From positions 3,965 to 67,964 of the forward strand of contig QZIL01000021.1 of NCBI GenBank assembly GCA_003599025.1: a stretch of DNA of 64,000 bases. Direction: 5' to 3'. A program made the translations under genes and the position numbers. The stretch comes from Nitrospiraceae bacterium (GTDB lineage Bacteria; Nitrospirota; Thermodesulfovibrionia; UBA6902). The notes below the pieces were generated by a model, which worked only from the letters and a program-made list of their open reading frames with translations, searched no databases and was not told where the DNA came from. Of this stretch, positions 32,588 to 40,710 are shown one piece after another; positions within the stretch are counted from its first letter, which is position 1; the number at the start of each line of letters is the position of its first letter.

Positions 32588-34254
32588 GACCTGAGTGATA
32601 CCTGTTTTGAAAAATGAAACATTACTCTTAAAGCAGTTCCTGCCCCTGCACGTATCCTTTTCACATAATCATGGACACCTGCCCTCTCACCTTCCTTTTT
32701 CTGAATCAGGGAGAGTTCGCTTTTTGAAGGGAAAAGTAATCTCCACAAAAACAGAAACCTGTCCTTTATCGACTCATTCATGCCAAGGCAGATAAGCCAC
32801 TCGCCCGTTAAAATAGGGGTGCCGCGCAATACAGAAGAAAGAAACGTGCGCTCGATAAGGCCGATCCTCCGGGGCCTCAACCTCCTGAGGACCTCCTCAG
32901 GTATATCTGCATTGAAAATCCCTGATACAAGGTACAGAGTGTAATAAACACTCTTGGAAAGATTAAAGGCAGATGCGTCCTTAACAAGCATCTCCCAGTC
33001 AATTTCTTCACCCTTTGATCTCAGGACCTCGTTAATATCGCACAGTCTTACAAGGGGATGAAAGGAATGATTCAGTGCGTGCATGCATAAGTAAATGATG
33101 TTGTGGTGAAGGGAAAAGGTCCTTATGTGCGCATTGTCCAGATTCATTGATATCGATTCATCCCACAACCTGTTCATATCAATCCTTTGCATTACATTTA
33201 AATGGAAAGGTGAGAAATTAACGATATGCCAGTGAACATGCAGTGAGACAGGAGAAACGCCATCTGACCTGTATACGATGCTGTTGCGATACTGCCCTGT
33301 TGCTACAGTGCTGAAATCCCTGATCTCAAATTCAGGTTTGAACCCGTGTCTGCGTAATGTACGGTCTGCTTTTGCAAGGTCATCTTTTCTGACAAGAAGA
33401 TCTATGTCCCCCATCGGGCGCATACCGACATCTTTATAAACCGATTGGGCCAATGCAAGCCCCTTAAAGACTATAATCTCTATCTTCTCCCTGTTAAAGG
33501 CAGCTGCAATCATTTCAAGAGAATGGAGCATCGGGATGTTCTTGCCTGAAACAGAATAATAAAAGTCCTTCAGATGGCCCCTGACATGACAGGGGGCCAC
33601 GTGCTCTATCCCTTCTATCTTGTTCAATGTCCTGTAAACTAAAGATGCCGTGTCCTCTCCCTGAAGCTGTTTCAGAAAATAGTCCCAGTCAACATACTGG
33701 TCAAGTATCTTACAGACAGCCATTTCACGCTCATTATCAAGGACCGTGACTGAGCAGAGGCGTATAAGCCTGTCTTCTGCCTTCATCTCCCGGCTGAACC
33801 TGTTCATTGTGCGGCATTTAATTCGGTACGCCGTCATCTTGAAAAGCTGGTAAAAGTCAAATAAAACGTTGATCGCCCTGCCGTGCCATTTATCCAGACA
33901 GATGGAAAATAATTTCTTATGGATCTTGACTACCCTGCCCAGCAATTGCCGGTCTTTGAAGGCTTCTTCTTCCGTATATGCCATGTCCGCCTTGGGCACA
34001 AGTATGACTTCCCCATGCTGAACTGTTTTTCTTACTAGCCTATGAAGAATGAGTGCGGAGTTTCTTTCAAACAGGATTATGTCCCCCGGCTCCACTTCTG
34101 ATGCACTGCTTTTTTGTACTACAACCCGGTCCATAGGATTTATAATTGGCTGCATGCTGCCGGTAGCTGTGTGGAAAGACCATTCCTTTACGTTCAAGAC
34201 TGATTCCTTTATATAGTCAACGCAGAATAATCCGGCTTTTTCTTCAATATCCAT
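32584..34254 (-). CDS. Fusion of an S24/S26-like peptidase and a nucleotidyltransferase (NTP_transf_5-like)
   Basis: N-terminal TGSMQP...PGDIILF...LHRL; C-terminal FKGLALA...RPMGDIDLLV...HVHW...LCD. Confidence 0.82.
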   Translation of the reverse strand: MDIEEKAGLFCVDYIKESVLNVKEWSFHTATGSMQPIINPMDRVVVQKSSASEVEPGDIILFERNSALILHRLVRKTVQHGEVILVPKADMAYTEEEAFKDRQLLGRVVKIHKKLFSICLDKWHGRAINVLFDFYQLFKMTAYRIKCRTMNRFSREMKAEDRLIRLCSVTVLDNEREMAVCKILDQYVDWDYFLKQLQGEDTASLVYRTLNKIEGIEHVAPCHVRGHLKDFYYSVSGKNIPMLHSLEMIAAAFNREKIEIIVFKGLALAQSVYKDVGMRPMGDIDLLVRKDDLAKADRTLRRHGFKPEFEIRDFSTVATGQYRNSIVYRSDGVSPVSLHVHWHIVNFSPFHLNVMQRIDMNRLWDESISMNLDNAHIRTFSLHHNIIYLCMHALNHSFHPLVRLCDINEVLRSKGEEIDWEMLVKDASAFNLSKSVYYTLYLVSGIFNADIPEEVLRRLRPRRIGLIERTFLSSVLRGTPILTGEWLICLGMNESIKDRFLFLWRLLFPSKSELSLIQKKEGERAGVHDYVKRIRAGAGTALRVMFHFSKQVSLRS

Positions 34255-34262
34255 GTCACATT

Positions 34263-34307
34263 AACCTCCTCCCCTTACCAAGGGGGGGCTGGGGGGGTCC
34301 CTCCTTC
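34263..34307. repeat. GC-rich palindromic element directly after the precursor stop
   Basis: ccccttaccaagggg hairpin followed by ctggggggg. It includes the GGAGG RBS of the next gene. Confidence 0.65.
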
Positions 34308-34454
34308 CTAAGCCATCAGTTTTGTACAGGGAACCGCCTTCATACATACTCTCGGAGCGATACGTGAGGAATTGCATACCACTGACAATACTTCAATCTT
34401 CTTCTCATATACGATCTCAGGCTTTTTATATGCTTTTTTCTTCTCTTCCTTCAT
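34308..34454 (-). CDS. 48-aa putative RiPP precursor peptide (not in the ORF track)
   Basis: MKEEKKKAYKKPEIVYEKKIEVLSVVCNSSRIAPRVCMKAVPCTKLMA*. The ATG lies 1 nt after the rSAM stop, with a GAGGTG RBS. It has a YxxP leader motif and Cys27/37/43. Confidence 0.85.
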   Translation of the reverse strand: MKEEKKKAYKKPEIVYEKKIEVLSVVCNSSRIAPRVCMKAVPCTKLMA

Positions 34455-34455
34455 C

Positions 34456-35484
34456 TCACACCTCTAAACATGTTCCCCTGGCAGTATTTTTCAGCGCTTT
34501 TGCAAGCATACACGCCGCACTCGACGGCCCCAGATAATCTTCATCTTCAGACACCGCCAGTCCTGGGCAGCGGCGGCAGTATGGCGCCTTATCACACGAT
34601 CTGCAGGTATGGAGTTCATCAAACTTAATCGACCTTATTCGCTGAAAATGTCCTGACTGCATAATCTGTTCAATTGATTGTTCCCGTACGTTTCCTGCGT
34701 CCTGTTTCCAGCCGACGCAGGGATAAACTTCACCATATGGGGATATCAAAAGGTTGTTCAGTCCGGCAGTACACATAAATGTGTCGTCATTAACAGACTC
34801 CAATGGCTCAAAAGAAGCGGCCCTGTCGTCCTCCCTGAATATTTTAGTCATACCATCGGTATCGAGTCTGTAACGCAACGTGTCCCTTGAACCGTCATCT
34901 TTCGGTACAACGGTCATGTCATATACGAAATCCGAGTCGAGTTCATGGGACAGCTTTGTTAAAGCACCCAGCTGGTCTGCATTCTGATTCATCAGGAGGC
35001 TTTTAACTACTCTTTTTACCCCTCTTTGACCAAGCAGCTGAAAAGCCCTCATGGTCTTCTTAAAGGAACCTTTCGTGCCGGTAATACTGTCATGTATTTC
35101 AGGGTCAGCAGCGTATACGCTCATCTCTACCGACAGGGGATTGAGTTGCTTTATCTCATCAGCCATTTCACTGCTGATAAACGTGCCGTTTGTTAACAGC
35201 CTCAATGCAAACCCTTTGCTGCGGCTATAACGCGCAATTGTGAAAAAATCCTTTCTAGTTAAAATCTCACCGCCGCTGAATGTTATATACAGGGACTGAA
35301 GGGCTGCCAGTTCATCAATAACAGACATGATCTCTTCTGTGGTTAGCTCTTTTTTATCATCCCTGCGGACGCAGTAGCAGTGGCTGCAGGCCATGTTGCA
35401 TCTGTGTGTAAGCTCCCAATGTACAATAAAGGGGATGTTCCTCTCCATTGTCTTTTTTATAATGTCGTTGTAATGGTCCTTCAT
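34456..35484 (-). CDS. Radical SAM/SPASM peptide-maturase-like protein
   Basis: CNMACSHC, SGGE; full SPASM pattern CTAG..YPC..CRSC..YCRRCPG..C. Confidence 0.92.
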   Translation of the reverse strand: MKDHYNDIIKKTMERNIPFIVHWELTHRCNMACSHCYCVRRDDKKELTTEEIMSVIDELAALQSLYITFSGGEILTRKDFFTIARYSRSKGFALRLLTNGTFISSEMADEIKQLNPLSVEMSVYAADPEIHDSITGTKGSFKKTMRAFQLLGQRGVKRVVKSLLMNQNADQLGALTKLSHELDSDFVYDMTVVPKDDGSRDTLRYRLDTDGMTKIFREDDRAASFEPLESVNDDTFMCTAGLNNLLISPYGEVYPCVGWKQDAGNVREQSIEQIMQSGHFQRIRSIKFDELHTCRSCDKAPYCRRCPGLAVSEDEDYLGPSSAACMLAKALKNTARGTCLEV

Positions 35485-35498
35485 ATTGTCCTTCTTTA

Positions 35499-35712
35499 CC
35501 TTTCGGTTACATTAAAATGTGTATAGCGGGCCGGGTAGACTTGCAGCAAAAGCTTTACCATCGATACCTCAGAGAAGCTTTTTCAAGGCATATCTGCGTT
35601 TTTCGTAATTCCACCATGTGTTACGTCCTGCTATACTCACTAATTCCAATGTCCTATCGCATTTGTAAAGGTTTTGCTGCATGTCCACCCGCCGCTTTGT
35701 ACATAATCAAGG
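35499..35712. mobile_element. 214-bp MITE-like element, copy 2 (between the PqqD and rSAM genes)
   Basis: Shares aaaagctttacc, cgatacct, ccatg.gttacgtcctgc, atcgcatt and gtaaaggtttt with copy 1. CC...GG ends and the same length. Confidence 0.7.
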
Positions 35713-35718
35713 TTTAGT

Positions 35719-36021
35719 TTAAGTAAGGGCCTCTTCCTTCGGGTGTTCAAGATATATGAGCATGTCTCTCGCGTACAGATCATTAATAAATTCTCTCGTG
35801 TCGTTCAGCGCGTCATCATAAGACACGTCAAATTCCTCTGAAATGACCAAAGCGATCCGGTCTGTTCTGAGGTCCCCGTTTAAAAGCTCCCATATCCGCG
35901 AACCTGTCCCGTTCAGGACCATCACCTTGTTCTCCTGAGGTGAAATAATTACCGCTTCGTTGTCTATCACCCGTGATGCTGTTTGAGGCGACCTGTCAGG
36001 ATACATGCTGTTTAAGTCCAT
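35719..36021 (-). CDS. PqqD-family RiPP recognition element (RRE)
   Basis: EAVII...LNGTGSRIWELLNG...EEFDV...DTREFINDL, the canonical stand-alone PqqD pattern. Confidence 0.9.
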   Translation of the reverse strand: MDLNSMYPDRSPQTASRVIDNEAVIISPQENKVMVLNGTGSRIWELLNGDLRTDRIALVISEEFDVSYDDALNDTREFINDLYARDMLIYLEHPKEEALT

Positions 36022-36808
36022 CTATATGCCTCCAGAATGAATTATCTTTTGTAAAATGCATTTCATACAAGCCATATTCAACAAGAATTCTGCTGAATAT
36101 ATCAAAGAGTTTCTCAACCGGCTGCAGCTTGTTCGGAATATGTGGAACCGTTAAGATATCTGCCAGGGCCTGCGAGAGGGACAATTCTTTTATATACGTT
36201 GTGTTGTCCTGCTTCAGTGTAAATATTCCGCCAATATCATAGCCTCTGTTTTCCCTTTTGCCTATATGCATGTCCAGCCAGTGGGGGGCAGTGTAGGCCT
36301 GATATTTGCCGTTGCTTCGTTTAATGATCACCATATCATCACTTAATATGGTACAGTCGTCTGACAACGCAGACACAGTTGATTTACCTGCGCCTGAGTG
36401 GCCCATAAATATATAAACTTCATCATCCTTCAGTATCCCCGCTGCGTGCAAAACCACCGCATCTTCGTGCAGGATAAGCCTGAAGGTAAACATATTTCTC
36501 AGGAGAGTGCCGAGTCCCATTAACATGCCGCTTCTGCTTATAAGGGCCGAGCCGCAGGTAAGGTCTTTGTTAATTTTACTCTCCAGGTGATCGTCTGACA
36601 GTCTTAATTCATCGCCAGTGACCGACAGACCGGCCCAGGAGGAATTATTGACATACGGCTCATCAGTAAGCGTTATGTCCAGAGTAAGGGATGGCGGCCT
36701 GTCAGAAAGGAAAAGAGAATAATCCCTCCGGACACTGCTGATGAATTCAGAGGACTCTGATCTTAACATGATGCAAATTTCTGCAACTTCTATTTTTATC
36801 TCTTTCAT
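35996..36808 (-). CDS. HPr-kinase-like P-loop protein (ScmC/PadeK-like)
   Basis: LHAAG...GHSGAGKST...LSDD. The ATG at 36808 forms a TGATG overlap with the HD-GYP stop; the track gives 36832. Confidence 0.82.
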   Translation of the reverse strand: MKEIKIEVAEICIMLRSESSEFISSVRRDYSLFLSDRPPSLTLDITLTDEPYVNNSSWAGLSVTGDELRLSDDHLESKINKDLTCGSALISRSGMLMGLGTLLRNMFTFRLILHEDAVVLHAAGILKDDEVYIFMGHSGAGKSTVSALSDDCTILSDDMVIIKRSNGKYQAYTAPHWLDMHIGKRENRGYDIGGIFTLKQDNTTYIKELSLSQALADILTVPHIPNKLQPVEKLFDIFSRILVEYGLYEMHFTKDNSFWRHIDGLKQHVS

Positions 36809-37866
36809 CAGTCTCCGCTTTGCTTCAGACATTCCTTGATGTGAATAATGGGATAGTTCAGTAAATTAATTATGTTCTGTTCGTCCGGTTTTTTGTAATC
36901 ACTGTTTAAAAGCACATGCAGTACCGGCCTTGTTGGGTGGCCCTGATTGATTGCAGCAACCCGGCATGTTTCTCCGGTATTTAATCTGACCAGGCTTCCG
37001 ACAGGGTAGACCCCGACCATATTAATAAAAGCCTTCATTACTTTATAGTCATAGGAGTGTTTCATCTGTAATATGTTATGTACCGATTCATGGGGCATAC
37101 ATCTGTCGCGATGCGGCCGTGAATGGGTCAGGGCCTCATATGTGTCCGCAAGATGTATTATCCGGGAGTATATATTGAGGGATTCTCCTCTCAGGCCACG
37201 GGGATAGCCTGATCCGTCTATGCGTTCATGATGCTGAAGTGCGACCTGAACAGCTACTTCGGGCAATTCATCGGCCTCCTCCAGAATTCCGGCACTCATG
37301 AATGTATGGTTCTGTATTTCCCTGTATTCTTTAGAGGAAAGTTTTCCGGGCTGCATGGCCTGCTTCATATATTTCATCATTCCTATATCATGAAGAAATG
37401 CCGAGATACCGAGTTCTGTTAATCCGGTCTTGTCGTAACCTATGTCCTGCCCGATTTTAATTGATAATATACTCACATTGACTACATGGCTGCTGAGATA
37501 ATCCTGCGCGTTCCCGGACATTAGAACAGGCAGATGACTGTTATTGAGGAGCAACTGCTCGACAAGTTTCTCTACGCATAAATTTACAGGACCACACTTA
37601 ATAACTTCATTCCCGGACAACCTGTCATGGATCTCTTTTGCAAGAGCCATTGCCATATGATAAAGGTCCGAACTTTCACTTTCATTTTGTGCAGTGCTTT
37701 TCTGCTTTTCAGAAAGCTTTGAACTGAATACATCAAAGGACGTGTCGTCCAGACCACCCGGCCCGCTATATCCCTCTGCAGAAATATCGCGCTCTGCCTG
37801 TGTCTCCTGTTCTATAGCCTTATGCCTGATATAATCTCTGTGACTGCTGGCCTTCACTTCTTTCAC
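36808..37866 (-). CDS. HD-GYP c-di-GMP phosphodiesterase domain protein
   Basis: LHDIG, HHERIDGSGYPRG, ADTYEALT. Confidence 0.92.
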   Translation of the reverse strand: MKEVKASSHRDYIRHKAIEQETQAERDISAEGYSGPGGLDDTSFDVFSSKLSEKQKSTAQNESESSDLYHMAMALAKEIHDRLSGNEVIKCGPVNLCVEKLVEQLLLNNSHLPVLMSGNAQDYLSSHVVNVSILSIKIGQDIGYDKTGLTELGISAFLHDIGMMKYMKQAMQPGKLSSKEYREIQNHTFMSAGILEEADELPEVAVQVALQHHERIDGSGYPRGLRGESLNIYSRIIHLADTYEALTHSRPHRDRCMPHESVHNILQMKHSYDYKVMKAFINMVGVYPVGSLVRLNTGETCRVAAINQGHPTRPVLHVLLNSDYKKPDEQNIINLLNYPIIHIKECLKQSGD

Positions 37867-38008
37867 CCAGTCTTAAATCCGATTCCGGAGACTGCTCCGC
37901 CTTTTCAGTTACATAAATGCTTTTTGCACAATGAAACTGACAATCCCTGATTTTTTTAAATACGCTAACTGCAAATACAGTGATGAAGCCCTACAGTCAG
38001 GCAGATAG

Positions 38009-38024
38009 AGCAATTAATATGCCA
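38009..38024 (-). promoter_or_regulatory. Sigma54 (-24/-12) promoter
   Basis: The minus strand reads TGGCAT-ATTAA-TTGCT, matching TGGCAC-N5-TTGCW with exact spacing, ~140 bp upstream of the HD-GYP gene. Confidence 0.8.
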
Positions 38025-38446
38025 TTACAATGAGTTATAGGTGGTTATCCTATTGGACATATGGGTGGATAACCTATTGTTATTATTCGATAATTTCAGC
38101 GCAAGCAATTGTTGACTTACAACCTGTTGAATCGAATGGATTTCCAGATATTCCACTTATCATAGAAGCCTCTTTTCAAAAAAGCCTGCATGTGACAGAC
38201 ATTCACCATCAATTAAATCTGGACATGCTCAGGCGTCAGTTGTATGACGTATTGGTGCAGCACATGTCAAAAATAATATAGAGAAACTTCTTCCTGCCCA
38301 AAATTACAAATAATGGATCTAAATTATTTTGGTGAACAGTTGCCTCATTTGTTTTTTCATGAAAGTCTTAAGATTTTCTCTCGTGAGTCGAAAAGATATA
38401 AACCAAAAGGTAAATATGCTCTTGTAAATTTTTGCTATAACTGCTC

Positions 38447-39436
38447 GTGAATAATATAAGAGAAAACATATCACGTAAACTTGCCAATCCCCGCACCAGG
38501 GCATATGTCCATTTTTTCTTACTGTTTATCGGCGCTGCAGGCATACTGCTTACGTCTTTGAACTGGGAAGTATTGCAGGGAATTCAGGAGAACCAGGACA
38601 AGGTACTGCATTATAAGGCAGGGCGTTTGATTGCAGTATCATGCTTTCTCCTGGTTTATTTCTGCATCCTTGCCCGGGTCCTGTTTGTAGGGGAGCACAG
38701 AAGTTCCATGACAGTCTTTCTGTTGTGGCTTCCGACCATGCTGGCTGCGGGCCTTGTCATAGGGATTGTTGTTGCACTTGCTTTTGCAGTTATTAAGGAA
38801 ACAATAGACGGAGGAGGAGCAGGTTCTGTAGAATGGCTCGATATAACAGCAACACTGGACGGCGCCGCATCACTTACAGGTCCCATAGCACTCATCATAG
38901 CTATTACACCGGTACTTATCCCCCTTGATATGCTTATGCAACTGCCGAAACTGCTGCTGTCTGATGTCAGGACCGGCTTAAAGACATTAGACAATTATAT
39001 TAAGGAAAGCAGATCTCATGAAAACCTGAAAAAACATACTGACGTGCTCGTTGTTGAAGACGATATTATGTGCGCAACCACAGTGATGAATTTCTGCCGC
39101 AGGAATGACCTTAAGTGTCATCATATATCGACTGCTTCAGAGGCTGATACATATCTTCGGGACAATATCAGGAACATCCGTCTTGTTGTCCTTGACAATT
39201 TCCTCAGGGTAGACGAGTCCGGCAACAGAATGACCGGAGGTGAATGGCTGATGATGATAAGTGAAGAATTCCCTGTAAATAAACGCCCGTTTCTTGTGGT
39301 GATCATTTCAGGACATACAGAGTTTCTGAGAGACGCTGCTTCACAGGCGAACCTGGTATTGCAGAAACCCTGGGACCCTCACGCCTTACAGGACTTTCTC
39401 AGAGAGAATAAAATAATAAACCATAGGAGGACATAA
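38447..39436 (+). CDS. Membrane protein (VanZ/YfiM-like DKxxH..KExxD..DxxA segment) fused to a receiver domain
   Basis: DKVLHYKAG, IKETID, DITATLDG; receiver motifs VLVVEDD, VVLD, IISG, QKP. Confidence 0.7.
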   Translation: MNNIRENISRKLANPRTRAYVHFFLLFIGAAGILLTSLNWEVLQGIQENQDKVLHYKAGRLIAVSCFLLVYFCILARVLFVGEHRSSMTVFLLWLPTMLAAGLVIGIVVALAFAVIKETIDGGGAGSVEWLDITATLDGAASLTGPIALIIAITPVLIPLDMLMQLPKLLLSDVRTGLKTLDNYIKESRSHENLKKHTDVLVVEDDIMCATTVMNFCRRNDLKCHHISTASEADTYLRDNIRNIRLVVLDNFLRVDESGNRMTGGEWLMMISEEFPVNKRPFLVVIISGHTEFLRDAASQANLVLQKPWDPHALQDFLRENKIINHRRT

Positions 39437-39439
39437 CAA

Positions 39440-40570
39440 ATGATAAGAGAGAAAAGACACCTTATAGCAATTGTTGATGATGAGCCTAACAGCCTTAAAG
39501 CCATGCGGAGGCAGCTCATGGATTCTTATGATGTCGCAACGTTTAATTCTGCAGATGAACTGCTCGGCTCACTTCACAAAATAAGTCCGAGTCTGTTCAT
39601 CCTTGACTGGCTGATGCCCGGGAAGGACGGGATATCTCTCTGCCGGGACATAAGAAAAATGCATCGGTTTGATCTGGTCCCCATTGCCTTTTACAGCGGG
39701 ATTGATCCGTCCACTTCAAACATACAAAAAGCCCATGAGGCAGGCGCGCAGACTTTCATCCCGAAGGCATCTTTTTCGTCATTTACGCTTATGCATATCG
39801 ATACACTTGTGGACGGTTATGATCGTATGTCCAGATATCTGAGGCATCAAAAGACCATGCTCTCCGTACTGAAACACGATATGTCCAACCTGCTTACGGG
39901 AATAATCACCGGCATGCATGTCCTGCTGATGGACGATTATTTTAAAAATGATCAGGTCAGGGAGGAAACAAATACGATCACTCAGGCGTGTGACAAACTT
40001 CTGACCCTTTTCGGAGACCTCAGTGAAGTAATTGTTGATAATGACCGGAATATAAACAAGCCCCTGCCCTGCGTAAAAGTCACAGAAATCAGAGCGTCCC
40101 TGCACAATTCGCTCAGGGACATCATGCGTAAAGTCATCATTGAATTTCCGGACACATTAGAACTCGCCTGCGACCCGGTTGCAACTGCACGTGCTATTCA
40201 TTACATGGTGAGGTTTGTGGATAAAACCGTAAGTCAGCATATTGATTTACTGATACGATCCGGCATGGGTGAGTCCGGAGTGACCTTCACTATTAGTCTG
40301 CACGGTAATTTCAAAGAGTGCCTTGAATCCTCCCTCATAAATATACTCGATCTCGAAAATTATGACGACCGGCACGATTTACTGGCCGTCCAGTATTTTC
40401 AAAACTATCTGAACCAGAACAACACTGACATCTCCATTATATATAATGGAACTGCAACCGAGATCAGTTTTCTGGTCCCTCAGCAATCTCAGGACCAGCA
40501 TAGCCAGGCACAGCCGGATACAGTTTTCAGCTCCTGCGCGGCAGAAGATATCAGTGTCAGTCCGCTCTGA
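39440..40570 (+). CDS. Receiver domain + HisKA with degenerate HATPase domain
   Basis: IVDDE, ILDWLMPGKDG, H-box LKHDMSNLL; no recognisable N or G boxes. Confidence 0.75.
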   Translation: MIREKRHLIAIVDDEPNSLKAMRRQLMDSYDVATFNSADELLGSLHKISPSLFILDWLMPGKDGISLCRDIRKMHRFDLVPIAFYSGIDPSTSNIQKAHEAGAQTFIPKASFSSFTLMHIDTLVDGYDRMSRYLRHQKTMLSVLKHDMSNLLTGIITGMHVLLMDDYFKNDQVREETNTITQACDKLLTLFGDLSEVIVDNDRNINKPLPCVKVTEIRASLHNSLRDIMRKVIIEFPDTLELACDPVATARAIHYMVRFVDKTVSQHIDLLIRSGMGESGVTFTISLHGNFKECLESSLINILDLENYDDRHDLLAVQYFQNYLNQNNTDISIIYNGTATEISFLVPQQSQDQHSQAQPDTVFSSCAAEDISVSPL

Positions 40571-40710
40571 GAAAAGTGCCCTGACTTAAAGAAATGGCGT
40601 GCCTTGTTTCTGACAATCAATTCTCTTCGGGTTTGGAATGATTGATCGGGTGAATTAAAAGAAGAAGTTTCCGGTGAGACACCTTATACACAGAAGTCCC
40701 GCCGGACTGT

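Noticed and set aside
34322-34537. 71-aa plus-strand ORF over the precursor region
   Set aside because: It is opposite to the operon. The minus-strand 48-aa ORF has an RBS, translational coupling and a leader motif.
30985-37866. Calling the cassette a lasso peptide cluster
   Set aside because: No lasso cyclase or B2 protease is present in the window, and the core has no Asp/Glu acceptor.
37867-38008. c-di-GMP riboswitch in the HD-GYP leader
   Set aside because: No GEMM-type conserved motifs were recognisable by eye; an Infernal search would settle it.
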